Below are positions 43,410 to 58,424 of a stretch of DNA of 64,000 nt, one piece after another (positions within the stretch are counted from its first letter, which is position 1; the number at the start of each line of letters is the position of its first letter). The translations under genes and the position numbers were made by a program. The stretch covers positions 5,888,001 through 5,952,000 of the forward strand of contig CP068257.2 of assembly GCA_009914755.4 (NCBI GenBank), given 5' to 3'. A model generated the notes under the pieces. It was not told where the DNA came from, searched no databases, and saw nothing but the letters and a program-made list of their open reading frames with translations. This DNA is from the human T2T-CHM13v2.0 reference genome, Homo sapiens.

Positions 43410-43780
43410 CATTCCATTCCACTCCCCTCATTTCCATTTCATTCCATTCAATTCCATTGCATTCCTCTCCATTCCACTGCACTCCCTACCATTCCATTCC
43501 ATTCCAATCTATTCCCCTCCATTCCACTCCATTGGATTCCACTCTTGTCACCTCCATTCAACTCCATTCCACTCCATTCAATTCCTTTCCGTTCGATTCC
43601 ATTCCATTCCATTCCAATCCATTCCTTATTACTCCACTTGAATCCACTCCACTCCACTCCATTCCATTCCACTCCACTTCACTCCACTGCATTCTGCTCC
43701 ATTCCGTTGCATTCCATTCAAATCCATTCCACTCCATTCTATTAGATTCCTCTCCACTCCATTCCGTTACATTCCACTCC
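43410..43780 (+). repeat. Copy A of a long-range duplicated segment (partner at 63,640-64,000)
   Basis: At least 360 bp are identical apart from 1 mismatch to 63,640-64,000 (cccctcatttccatttcattccattcaattccattgcattcctctccattccactgcactccctaccattcc...ggattccactcttgtcacctccattcaactcc...). The offset is about 20,230 bp. Pseudo-ORF peptides at 43448..43672 and 63678..63902 are 100% identical. Confidence 0.88.
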
Positions 43781-46725
43781 ATTCCATTCCATTCCATTCA
43801 GCTCCACTCCATTTCACTCCATTGAATTTCATTCCAATCCCCTCCTCTGCATTCCATTCCATTCCAATCCATTCCATTCCATTCCATTCCCCTCCACTCC
43901 ATGCCATTCCATTCCACTCCATTCCATCCCATTCCATTCCATTCCGTTCCTATCCATTTCACTCCCATGCACTCCATTCCATTCCACTCCACTCCATTCC
44001 ATTCCATACCACTCCGTTCTACTACCCTCCATTCCATTCCAATCCATTCCATTACTATACTCCGTTCCATTTCATTCCTCTTCTCTGCATTCCACTCTAT
44101 TCCTTTCCACACCAATCCATTCCACTTCATTCCATTCCATTGCATTCCATTGCACTCCACTCCATTCCAGACCATTCCACTCCATTCCATTCCACTCCAC
44201 TCCCCTCCATGCCATACCATTCCATTCTTTTCCATTCCATTCCATTCCACAACACTACATTTCAGTCCATTTATCTCCATTCCATTCCACTCCATTCCAC
44301 TCCATTTGATTCAATTCCATTCTTTCCATTCCATTGATTTCAATAGTATTCCACTCCACTCCATTCCATTCCATTCCACTCCACTCCATTCCAATCCTTT
44401 CCATTTCTTTCAATTACAATCCACTCAAACCCACTCCACTCCCGTCCACTCCATTCCACTCAATTTTATTCCATTCCATTCCACTCCACACACTCCCTTC
44501 AATTCCTTTCCACTCCATTAAATTCCAGTGCACTACATTCCACTCCATTCCTCTCCAATCCATTGCATTACATTCCTTTAAACTCCCATCTGTTCCATTC
44601 CATTGCATTCAATTTCATTTTATTCAATTTCATTCCACTCCACCGCACTCCACTCGACTCCACTCCACTCTGCTCCACTCCACTCCATTCCATTCCTTTC
44701 TTTTCCATTCTATTCCACTCCAAACAATTCCGTTCCACTTAACACCACTCCATTCCATTCCATTCCATTCCATTCCACTCTTTTCAATTCCACTCCTTTC
44801 CTTTCAATTCCATTACACTCGATTCCAATCCAATTCACTCCACAACATTCCATTCCATTTCATTCCACTCCTCTTTACTACTCTCCTTTCCATTCTATTG
44901 CATTCCATTCGATTCCATTACATTCCACTCCGTTCCATTCCATTCCTTTCCATTCCACTCCGCTCCAATCCATTCTTCTCCACTCTATTCCACTCTGTTC
45001 CATTCCATTCCACTGCACTCCATTCCATTCCATTCCACTCCACTGAACTCCACTCCATTCCACTCCATTCCATTCCATTCCATTCCATTCCAGTGCATTC
45101 CATTGCATTCCACTCCATTCCATTCCACCCCAAACCCCTCCTCCCCAATCCATTCCATTCTGTTCCATTCCATTCCATTCCACTCCACTCCCTTCCATTC
45201 CACAACACTCCTTTGTATTCCATTAAATTCCATTCATACAACACACCTTTCCATTCCATACTACTCCATTCCACTCGACTCTATTCCACTGCAATCCAGT
45301 CTACTCCATTCCACTCCACTGCTTTCCACTCCACTCAACTCCATTCTATTCCACTCCAATCCATTCCAATCCATACCATTGCACTCCACTCATTTCCATT
45401 CCAATGCATTCCACTCCACTCGATTCCACGCCATTCCACTCAATTACATTCCACTCGACTCCCCTCCTTTACATTCCACTCCACTCCATTCCGTTGTATT
45501 CCATTCCATTCCATCAAATAGTATTCCATTCCATTCTACTCAACTTCATTCCACTCCATTCCACTCCATTCCATTCCAATCGTTTCCATTCCATTCCATT
45601 CCATTCTTTTCCACTCCACTCCATTCCATTCCATTCCACACCGCTCCATTCCATTCGATTCCATTGAATTCCATACCATTCCACTCTACTTCATTCCATT
45701 CAATTCCACTCGATCTCACTCCACTCCCCTCCACACCATTCCATTCCATTCTATTTCACGCCACTAAATTCCATTCCACTCCAACCCACTCCAATCCATT
45801 CCATTCCATACCAATCCATTCCATTCCATTCCATTCCCTTCCATTCCATTCCATTCCATTCCATTCCATTCCATTCCATTCCATTCTATTCCAGTCCTTT
45901 CCATTCCATTCCATTCCATTACTTTCTAATACACAATAATCCACTACATTCCACTCCATTCAATTCGATTCCACTCCCCTCCCCACCATTGCATTCCATT
46001 CCATTTCAATCCATTCCATTCCGTTCCAATCTTTTCCACTAAACTGCATTATTTCCGCTCCACTCCACTCTATTCCACTCCATTCCACTCCATCCAATTC
46101 CATTGCATTCCATTCCATTCCAGTCATCTCCATTCCATTCCACTCCATTTAGTACCATTCCATTCCATTCCACTCCATTCCATTCCACTCCACTTCCCTC
46201 CTCTCCATTCCATTCCTTTCCATTCTATTCCATTCCTTTCCATTCCCCTCCACTGCATTCCATTACATTCCATGCCACTCCATTTCTTTCCATTCCATTC
46301 CATTCCACTGCACTCCATTCCATTTCACACCACTCCATTCCATTCCATTCTATTCCACTGCACTCCATTCCATTCCATACCATTCCACTTCTCTCCACTC
46401 CACTCCATTCCACTAAATTCCATTCCATTCCGTTTCATTCCATTCCCTACCACTCCACAATATTCCATTCCTCTCCACTCCAATCCATTTCATTCTACTC
46501 CATTCAACTCCACTCCACTCCATTCCATTGCATTCCACTGCATTCCATGCCACACAACTCCCCTCCTTTCCAGTCCATTCCATTCCATTCAATTACCATC
46601 CACTCGACCGCACTCCACTCCACTCAATTCTATTCCATTCCATACCATTCCATTCCTTTCCATTCCATTTCATTTCATTCCACTTCACTCAACTCCATTC
46701 CACTCCACTCCACTCCATTCCATTC

Positions 46726-46757
46726 ATTAATTCATTCATTCATTCATTCATTCATTC
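46726..46757 (+). repeat. (ATTC)n tetranucleotide microsatellite embedded in the pentamer array
   Basis: cattcattaattcattcattcattcattcattcattcc: 6-7 tandem ATTC units, a pentamer to tetramer unit conversion by loss of one C. Confidence 0.8.
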
Positions 46758-49700
46758 CATTTCATTCCTTTCCATTCCATTCTGTTCCAGTCTTATACAC
46801 TCTGTTCCATTCCGTTCCACTCTACTCCATTCCACACCACTCCATTCCAATCCACTCCACACCATTCAATTCCACTCAACTCCACTCTACTCCTATCTAT
46901 TCCACTCCATTCCGTTCCAATCCACTCCATTCCACTCCATTCTACTACACTCCACTCCCCTCTTTTGCATTCCGTTCCATTCCATTCCTCTCCATTCCAT
47001 TCCATTCCATTCCGTTGCATTCCATTCTATTCTTGCACTCCACTACATTCCGTTCCCTTCCACTCCATTCCATTCCATTCCATTACACTCCAATTCATTC
47101 CAATCCATTCCACTCCAATCCAATCAAATCAACTCCATTCCATTCCATTCTATTCCAATCCATTCCTTTCAATTCCATTACATTACATTCCACTGCACTT
47201 CATTCCCATCCATTCCACTCCACTCCAATCAAATCAGCTCCATTCCATTCCATTCCATTCCATTCCAATCCATTCCATTCCATTCCATTCCCATCCACTC
47301 AAACCCACTCCAATCCACTCCAATCCACTCCATTCCATTTAATTCCACTCCTCTCCACTCAACTACATTCCACTCGATTCCATCCCACTCCACTGAAATC
47401 TATTCCACTCCAGTCCATCCACTCCATTCCACTTGATTTCACTGCATTCCACTCCATTCCAATCCAATCCATTCCATTCCATTCCATTCCATTCCATTCC
47501 ATTCCACTACAATCCATTCCACTCCATTCCACTGAACTACATTCCACTCCATTGCATTCCAATCCAATCCACTCCAATCCAGTCCTCTCCATTCCACTCC
47601 ATTCTATTCCACTACCTTTCTTTCCTCTCCATTCCATGCCATTTCTGTCCATTCCATTTCATTCGACTCCGTTCTGTTTAATTCCATTTTGTTCCATTCC
47701 ATTCCACTCCACTCCACTCCACTCCACTCCACTCCACTCCACTCCACTTTATTCCTTTCCATTCCATTCCATTCCATTTCATTCCACTCCACTCCATTGC
47801 ATTCCAGTCATCTTCACTCCATTGAATTCCATTTTATTCCACTCCACTCCATTCCATTCCATTTCACTCCATTCTATTCCAATCCACTCCATGCCACTGC
47901 ATTTCAATCCATTCCATTCCACTCCACTCCCCTTCATTCCATTCCATTCCAATCCATTCCAACCCATTCAATTCCATTATATTCCAATCCACTGCTTTCC
48001 ACTCCATTCCACAACACTCATTTCCATTCCACTCCTTTCCACTGCACTCCAGTCCGTTACATTCCACTCCACATCCGTCCACTCCATTCCATTCCACTCA
48101 ATTCCATCTCATTCCGTACCATTCCGCTGCATTCCGTTCAATTCCATTGCATTCCATTCCATTCCACTCCCTTCCATTCCATTCCATTTCTCTCCATTCC
48201 AATCCAATCTACTCTATTTCCTTCCATTCCATTCCACTCCATTCCATACGAAAACATTCCGCTCCACTCTCTTCCATTCCATTTCATTCCATTCCACTGC
48301 AATCCATTCCATTCCATTCCACTCCATTCCATTCCACTTCATTTCAGTGCACTCCTTTCCACTCCATTCCATTCCACTCCTTTCCATTCCATTCCACTCC
48401 TTTCCATTCCATTCCATTCAAATCCCCTCCTACCCAATCATTCCATTCCGTTCCATTCCATTCCATTCCATTCCTTTCCTTTCCTCTCCACCACATCTCA
48501 TTCCTTTGCATTCAATTCCAATACACTCCACTCCATTCCATTACACTACACTCCATTCCATTCCATTCCATTCCATATCATTCCATTCCAGTACACTATA
48601 CACTTTTGCATTCCATTCCATTCCACTCCATTCCACTCCACTCCATTCCATTCCATTCCCCCACACTCCATTCCATTCCATTCCAATCTACTCCGTTCCA
48701 CTCCACTCTATTCCAATGCATTCAACTCCATTCCATCACCCTGCATTCCATTCCACTTCATACCATTCCACTCCAATCCATTCCATTCCATTCCATTCCA
48801 TTCCACTCCGCTCCATTCCATGCCATTCCACTCCATTCAATTCCAGTCCACTCCTCTCCTTTACATTCCTATCCACTTCATTCCATTCTTTCCATTCCAT
48901 TGCATTCCGTTCCATTCTATTCCATTCCATAAAATTCCTTTCCATTCCTCTAATCTCCATTCCATTCATTTCCAGTGCATTCCATTCCACTCCATTCCAT
49001 TGCAATCCATTCCACTCCATTCCAATGCAATCCATTCCATTCCATTCCATTCCATTCCATTCCCTTTGATTCCACTCCTCTCCATTCCATTCCACTCCAC
49101 TCAATTCCATTCCATTCCATTCCATTCCATTCCATTCCATTCCATTCCATTCCATTGCATTCCTTTGAATTCCATTACTTTCCACTCCACTCCATTATAT
49201 TTCATTCCAATCAATCCCACTCCACTAAACTCTACTCCATTCCATTCCATTTCATTCCATAATATTCCACTCTACCCAATTCCATTCCACTCTACGGCAC
49301 TCCATTCCATTGCATTCCATTTCATTCCATCCCATTCCATTCCTTTGCTCTCCACTCCTTTCCATTCTATTACACTACATTCCATTCCAATCTACTCCAC
49401 TTCACTACGTTCGACTCCATTCCATTCCACTCCACTCACCTCCTCTCCATTCCTATCTATTCCATTCCATTTCATTTCATTCCATTCCTTTCCACTCCAC
49501 TCCAAACAATTCCATTCCATGCCTTTCCATTCCATTCCATTTCATTCCATTTCCCTCCATTCCCCTCCATTCTAATCCAATTCAGTACACTCTATTCCAC
49601 TCCATTCCACTCCATCACATTCCATTCCATTCGGTTCCATAGCTATCCTTTCCATTCCATTCCAATCTATTCCATATCACTTCTCTCCACTCTTTTAATC

Positions 49701-50494
49701 TCTCCTCCATTTCATTCCATTTCTTTCCATTCCATTCCATTCCATTCCATTCCATTCCATTCCATTCCATTCCATTCCATTCCATTCCACTCCACTCCAT
49801 TCCACTCCATTCCACTCCACTCCATTCCACTCCATTCCATTCCACTCCAATCCATTCCACTCCGTTCCATTCCACTCCATCTCCTCCTCTCCAATCCTTT
49901 CCATTCCGTTCCATTCTTTTTCATTGCATTCCATTCCATTCCATTCCAATCCACTCCGTTCCATTCCATTCCACTCCACTGCATTCCATTCCATTGCATT
50001 CCAATCCATTCCATTGCATTCCATTTCATTCCATTATATGCCACTCCATTCCATTTCACTCAATTCCATTCCACTACAATCCGTTCAATTCCGTACCATT
50101 CCACTGCACTCCACTCCACTCCTTTCCACCCCATTCCATTCCATTACATTCCCCTCCACTCCACCCCATTCCATTCAACTGCACTCCATTCTATTCCACT
50201 CCCCTCCTTTCCATTCCCTTCCATTCGATTCCATTCCATTCCCCTCCATTCCACTCCACTGCATACTATTCCATTCCATTCCAATCCATTCCCCTCCACT
50301 TCACTCTATTCCTTTCCACACCTTTCCCCTCCACTCAACTCCATTCCACTCTATTCCTTTCTTATCTATTTCATTCCAGTCCATTCCTTTTTACTCCACT
50401 CGAATCCATTCCTCTCCACTCCACCCCATTCATTTCCACTCCACTCCATTCTACTCCATTCCATTCCATTCCATTCCACTCCATTCCATTACAT

Positions 50495-50640
50495 TCCTCT
50501 CCACTGCATTCCAGTCCATTCCACTCCATTCCCTACCATTCCATTAAATTCCACTCCATTCCATTCCATTCCTCTCCATTGCATTCCAGTCCATTCCACT
50601 CCATTCCCTACCATTCCATTAAACTCCACTCCATTCCATC
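50495..50640 (+). repeat. 76-bp tandem duplication
   Basis: gcattccagtccattccactccattccctaccattccattaaa(t/c)tccactccattcc x2 (copies at 50,505 and 50,581). Confidence 0.75.
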
Positions 50641-53509
50641 GCATTTCATTCCACTCCAATCCCCTCCTCTGCATTTCATTCCATTCCCTTCTATTCCAAT
50701 CCATTCCATTCCATTCACCTCCGCTTTATGTCGTTCCATTCCACTCCATTCCATTCCTTTCCATTCCATTCCAATTCCTTTCACTCCCCTGCACACCATT
50801 CCATTCCACTCCACTCCATCCCACTCCATACCACTCCGTTCCACTACACTCCATTCCATTCCATTCCATTACACTACACTCCGTTCCATTTCATTCCACT
50901 ACACTCCATTCCACTCTATTCCTATCCACACCAAACCATTCCACTTCACACCATTCCATTCCATTCCATTGCACTACACTTCATTCCAGCTCATTTAACT
51001 CCATTCCATTCCACTCCACTCAACTCCATTCGATACCACTCCATTCCTTTCCATTCCATTCCATTCCACAACACTCCATTGCATTCCATTCCATTTATCT
51101 CCATTCCATTCCTCTCCATTCCACTCAATTGCATTCTATTCCATTCTTTCCATTCCATTTATTTCAATTCTATTCCACTCCACTCCATTCCATTCCTTTC
51201 CACTCCACTCCATTCCACTCCATTCCATTCCATTCCATTCCATTCCATTCCATTCCATTTCATTCAATAAAAATCCACTCGATCCCACTCCACTCCCTTC
51301 CACTCGATTCTACTAAACTCCGTTCCATTCCATTCTACTCCACACAACTCTGTTCAATTCCATTCCATTCCACTCGATTAAATTCCAGTGCACAACTTTA
51401 CACTCCAATCCACTCGAATCCATTCTATTACATTCCTTTAAACTCCAATCCATTCCATTACATTCCACTCCACTCCGTTCCACTCCATTCATTTCCACTC
51501 CACTGCACTCCATTCCACTGCATTCCTTTCCACTCCATTCCATTCCAATCCATTGTGGTCCATTTCATTCCACTCCAATCCACTCCACTACACTGCATTC
51601 CATTCTGCTCCAATCCATTCCATTCCATTCCATTCCATTCCATTCCATTCCGTTCAATTTCGTCCAATCCACCGTACTTCACTCAACTCCACTCCACTCC
51701 GCTCCACTCCATTCCATTCCATTTCTTTCCATTCCTTTCCATTTTATACCACTCCAAACAATTCCATTCCACTAAACCCCACTACAATACATTCTTATCC
51801 ATTTTATTCCATTCCATTACATCACATTCCACTCATTTCAATTCCACTCCTTTCCATTCCATTCCATTGCACTCAATTCCAGTCCACTGCACTCCAATAC
51901 ATTCCACTCCATTTTATTCCACTCCACTTCCGTCCTCTCCTTTACATTCCATTCCATTCCATTGGATTCCAATCCATTCCATTTCGTACCATTCCATTCC
52001 ATTCCATTCCACTCCACTCCAATCCATTCCTCTCCACTCCATTGCATTCCATTCCATTCCATTCCATTCCTTTCCATTCCATTCCACTGCACTCCTCTCC
52101 ATTCCTTTCCACTCCACTGAACTCCAATCCTTTCCACTACATTCCATTCCATTCCATTCCATTCCATACCACAGCATTCCATTGGATTCCACTGCATTCC
52201 ATTCCATTCCATTCCTTTCCATTCCATTCCATTCCATTGCATTCCATTCCTTTCCATTCCATTCCATTCCATTGCATTCCATTCCATTCCTTTCCATTCC
52301 ATTCCATTCCATTGCATTCCATTCCATTCCCTTCACCTCCATTCCATTTGATTCCACTCCACTCTTTTCCATTCCATTCCCTTCCCTTCCAATCCATTCC
52401 ACTCCATTCCTTTACATTCCTTTCCGTTCCATTCCACTCCACTGCACTGTATTCCATTCCACCCCACGCCTTTTGATTCCATTGCAATCCATTCCACTGC
52501 ACTCTCTTCCATTCCATTCTACTCCATTCCACTCCACTCCATCCCACTCCATTCCATTCATTCCATTCCATTGCACTCCATTCCATTCCACTCCACTCCA
52601 CTCCATTGGATTCCATTCCTTTGCATATGTTTCCACTCCATTTCACTCCACTCCTCCACTCCGTCCATTCCATTCAACTCCACTCCATTCTACTCCATTC
52701 TATTCCACTCCACTCCAGTCCATTCCATTCCACTGCATTCCATCCCTCTCCATTCCATTCAACTCGACACCATTCCTTTGCATTACACTCCACTCCACTC
52801 CATTCCACTCTACTCCATTCAATACCATTCAATTGCATTCAACACCACAACATTCCACTGCACTCCACAACTTTCCATTCCATTCCACTACACTCTATTC
52901 CTCTCCAATCCATTCCACTCCACTCTACCCTTTTCCATTCCACTCAATTCCATTCCACTAAATTCCATTCCACTCCACTCCACTCCATTGCATTTCATTG
53001 CATTCCACTCCACTCACTTCCATTCTATTCCCCACCACTCCACTCCATTCCATTCCATCCCATCCAATTCTACTCCATTCCATTCCATTCCTTTCCATTG
53101 AATTCCATTCTATTCCACTCCACCCCATTCCACCCCATTCCATTTCTTTCCATTCCATTCCATTCCTTTCCATTCCATTCCACTAAATACCATTCCTTTC
53201 CACTCCAATACATTCCATTCCGGTCCACTCCATTCCATTCCATTCCTTTCCATTCCATTCCATTCCTTTCCTTTACATTGATTTCCAATTCATTCTACTC
53301 CACTCCATTCCATTCCATTCCACTCCACTCCATTCCGTTCCATTCCACTCGACCCAACTCCACTCCACTCGATTCCATTCCATTCCATTCCATTCCATTC
53401 TCTTCCACTTCACTCAATTCCATTCCACTCCACACCACTCTGTTCCGTTCCATTCCTTTTCTTTCCATTTCATTCCATTCCATTCAATTCCATTCCTTTC
53501 CATTCCGTT

Positions 53510-53640
53510 CCATTCCAATTGTTGCCAATCCAATCAACTACATTCCGTTTAAATCCCCGCAAATCAAGTACATTCCACTCCATTCCATTCCACTGCACTA
53601 ACATACACTCCATTCCGTTTCATTTACTTGTATTCCACTC
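53510..53640 (+). repeat. Most diverged island in the array (pentamer periodicity largely lost over about 110 bp)
   Basis: cattccaattgttgccaatccaatcaactacattccgtttaaatccccgcaaatcaagtacattcc...ctgcactaacatacactccattccgtttcatttacttgtattcc. It is still C/T-rich and G-poor and is not recognisable as a TE or other repeat class. Confidence 0.4.
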
Positions 53641-54159
53641 CACTGCACTCCACTCCCTTCCACTCCACTCCATTCCATTCGATTCAGTTTCATTCTATTA
53701 CATTCCACTCCACTCCATTCCATTCCACTCCCTTCCACTCCACTCCACAGCATTCCACTTCATTCCATTCCATTCCACTCGATTCCATCCCGTTCCAATC
53801 CATTCCATTTCACTCCACTCCACTTCATTCCACTCCACTCCATTGCATTCCACTCCATTCCATTGCATTCCATTTCATTCCATTCCAATCCATTCCATTC
53901 CATTCCATTCCACTTCAGTTCAGCCATTCTGTTCCACTCCACTCCATTCCAATGCATTCCAATCCATTCCATTGCATTCCATTCCATTACATTCCATTCC
54001 AATCCATTCCATTCCATTCCAATCAACTCAATTCCATTCATTTTCATTCCATTCCACTCCACTCTATTCCATTCGTTAGCATTCCATTAGATTGCATTCC
54101 ATTCCATTCCAATCCATTCTATTCCACTCCATTCCATTCCATTCCACTGCACTCCATTC

Positions 54160-54320
54160 CATTCAATTTCATTCCACTCCACTTCATTACATTCCATTCA
54201 ATTCCAATCCATTCCATTCCATTCCACTTCACTCCATTCCATTCAATTTCATTCCACTCCACTTCATTACATTCCATTCAATTCCAATCCATTCCATTCC
54301 ACTCACTTCCATTCCATACC
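54160..54320 (+). repeat. 80-bp tandem duplication
   Basis: attcaatttcattccactccacttcattacattccattcaattccaatccattccattcc occurs at 54,161 and 54,241. Confidence 0.7.
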
Positions 54321-57300
54321 ATTCGAGTCCATTCCACTCCGCTCCGTTTCATTTCATTCTACTCCATTCCATTTCACTCCACTCCAATCCATTCCATTCC
54401 ACTGCATTCAATTCCAATCCATACCGTTCCACTCCACTCCCTTCCATTCCATTCCATTCTACTCCACTCCACTCAACTACATTCCACTCCATTCCATTTC
54501 AATCCATGCCCATCCACTCCTTTAGATTCCATTCATTTCTATTCCATTTCATTCCATTCCACTCCATTTCATTGCATTCACATACACGCCACTCCATCCC
54601 ACTCCATTCCATTCCATTCCACTCCATTCCATTCCATTCCATTCCATTCCATTCCATTCCATTCCATTCCATTCCATTGCATTCCATTCTACTCCATTCT
54701 ATTCCATTCCACCCATTCCATTCCATTCCATTCCATTCCACTGCATTCCTTTCCATTCCATTGAATTCCACTGAACTCTATTCCATTCCAGTACACTCGA
54801 CCGCATTCGAATCCGCTCCACTCCCTTCCATTCCATTGCATTCTTTTCTACTCCACTCACTTCCATTCCACTCCTCCCCAATCGATTCCTTTACATTCCA
54901 TTCCATTCCATTCCATTCCATTGCTTTCCATTCCATTCCACTCCACTCCTCTCTTTTCCATTCCACTCCACTATGCTCTACTCCACTCTATTGCATTCCA
55001 TTCCACTCTACTCCACTCCACTCACTACTATTCCACTCCACCCCAACCGATTCGTTTCCATTCCATTCCACTTCATTCCATTCCATTCCATTCCATTCCA
55101 TCCTTCTACATTCCACTCTATTCCATTCCATTCCGTTTCACTCCACTCCAGTTCATTTCACTCCACTCCACTACATTCCTTTGCATTCCATTCCATTGCA
55201 ATTCACTCCACTCCATTCCACTCCACTCCACCCATCTACACTCTATTCCACTCCTTTCCACTCCTTTCCATTCAATTCCATTGCATTCCATTGCATTCCA
55301 CTCCATGGAATTCCATTCGATATCACTTCACTCAATTCCATTCCATTCCACTCGACCCCACTCCACTCGACTCCACTCCATTCCATTCCATTTCTTCCAC
55401 TCCACTCAATTCCATTTCACTCCACTCCACTCCATTCATTCCATTCCATTCCATTCCATTCCATTCCACACATTTCCATTCCCTTTCACTACATTCCTTT
55501 CCAATCCACTCAACTCCACTATATTCCACTCCATTTCATTCAATTCCACACCCCTCCTCTCCATTCCATCAATTCCATTCCACTCCACTCCATTTCACTC
55601 CACTGCTTTCAATTCAATTCCATTCCTTTAAATTCCATTCCACTCCACTCTACTCCGTTCCATTCCACTCTACTCTACTCCACTCTATACCAATCCATTC
55701 AAACTCATTCCACTGCACTACACTTCATTGCACTCCATTCCATTCCATTCCTTTCCATTCTACCACACACAGATCCAATGCATTGCACTCTACTGCATTG
55801 CACTCCACTCCATTCCAATCAACTCAACTCCATTCCATTCCACTCCATTCCAATCCACTCCATACCATTCCACTCCACTCCACTCCACTCCATTCCATTC
55901 CATTCCATTCCACTCCACTCCATTTCATTCCATTCCATTCCATTCCATTCCACTCCACTCCATTCCATTCCATTGCATTCCATTCCACGCCACTCTGTTC
56001 CACTCCACTGCAGTCCAATCCATTCCACTCCACTCCATGCCGTTCCATTCCACTCCAATCCATCCCATTCCATTCCATTCCGTTACACTCCATTCCATTT
56101 CATTCGAATACACTCCGTTCCATTCCATTCCACTACACTCCGTTTCATTGCATACCACTCCATTCCACTCCATTCCATTCCATTCCATTCCATTCCACTA
56201 CACTCCGTTCCGTTCCATACCACTCCATTCCACTCCATTCCTTTCCATTCCATTCCATTCCATTCCATTCCATTCCATTCCCTTATACTCTGTTCCATTC
56301 CATACCACTCCATTCCACTGCACTCCATTCCATTCCGTTCCATTCCATTTCACTCCATTGCTTTCCATTCCATTCCATTCCATTCTTCTCTATTCCATTC
56401 CATTCCATTCCACTACACTCCGTTCCATTCTATTACATTCAATTCCACTATACTCCATTCCATTCTGTTACATTCAATTCCACTACCCTCCGTTTCATTC
56501 CATACCACTCCATGCCACTCAATTCCATTCCATTCCATTCCATTCCATTCCATTCCTTTCCACTACACTCTGTTCCTTTCCATACCACTCCATTCCAATC
56601 CACTCCATTCCATTCCATTCCATTCCATTCCATTCCATTCCATTCCATTCCATTCCATACCAGTCCATTCCAAACCACTCCATTCCATTCCATTCCATTA
56701 CATTTCACTCCATTCCATTCCATTGCAGCACACTCAATTTCTCTCCACTCCGTTCCACTGCATTCCAATCCACTCCACTCCATTCCCTTCCACTACAATC
56801 GATTCCATTCTATTCCATTCCATTTCACTCTATTCCACTCCATTACACACCACTCAATTCCACTCCACTCCAGTCCATTCCTCTACACTCTACTCCATTC
56901 CATTCGATTGCATTACACTCCATTCCATTCCACTGCACTCGACTCCACTCCACTCCTTTCCATTTTATTCCATTGAATTCCATTCCACTCGACACCATTC
57001 CATTCCATTCCATTCCATCCCATTCCATGCCATGCGAATCCATTCCATTCTATTACACTCCATTATATTCCGTACCGTTCCATTCCACTCCATATCATAG
57101 CATACCACTCCACTCCATTCCATTACACTCCATTCCATTCCAATCCATTCATTTCCAATCCAGTCCACTGGAATCCATTCCATTCCATTCCACTGCATTC
57201 CATTCCATTCCACTCCATTCCACTCCATTGCATTCCATTCCATTCCTTTCCATTCCATTCCATTCCATTCCTTTCCATTCCATTCCATTTCACTGATCTC

Positions 57301-58424
57301 CATTCCATTCCACTGAATACTATTCCAATCCATTCCATTCCTTTATATCCTTTAAATTCCCTTCAATTTCAGTCCTCTCCACTCCATTCCAATACATTCC
57401 ATTGCATTCCATTCCACTCCATTGCATTCTATTCCGTTTCATTCCCTACAACTTTATTCCATTCCATTCAACTCCACATTAATCGAGTCCAATCCACTCC
57501 ACTCCATTCCATTCCATTGCCTTCCATTCCATTCCATTCCATTCCATTCCACTCCATTTCACTCTATTCAATAACAGTGCATTCCTATCCATTCCATCCC
57601 ATTCCACTCCTCTCCATTCTATTCCACTCCATTGCATTCCATTCTGCTCCACTCCACTTCATACCATAGCATTCCACTGTACTCCACTCCATTCCACTCG
57701 CTTCCACTCCAATCCATTCCACAAGATTCCATTCCACGCCAGACCACACCATTCCATTCCATTCCAATCATATACATTTCACTCCATTCCTTTCAATTCA
57801 TTTCCACTCCACTCATTTATATTCCATTCCACCCCACACCCCTCCTCTCCATTCCTTTCCATTACCTGCCACTCCACTCCACTCCATTCCATTCCACTCC
57901 ACTCCATTCCATGCCATTCAATTCCATTCCAATGCACTGCTTTCCATTCAATTCCATTCCATTACACTCCACTTCATTCCATTCCACTCAATTCCGCTAT
58001 TTTCCATTCCATGCCACTGCATTCCATTCCATTGAATTCTTTTCCATTCCACTCCATGCCATTGCATTCCATTCCACTCCACTCCATTCCACTGGATTCC
58101 TTTCCATTTTATTCCATTACTTTCCATTCCATTTCATTCAATTACAATCTAATCGACCACACTCCACTCCATACCATTCCTTTCCCTTCCACTTCATTCA
58201 AATCCATTCCACTGCATTCTGTTCCATTCCATACAATTCCACTCTATTGCGTTACACTCCATTCCATTCCATGCCATCCCTCCCCATTCCATTCCACTCC
58301 ATTTCATTCCATTCCACTCCATTTCATTTCATTCCATTCCATTCCATTCCTGTCCAATCCTATCCAAACCACTCCATTGCAATCCACTACGCTGCATTGC
58401 ATTCCATTCCATTCCATTCCAAAT

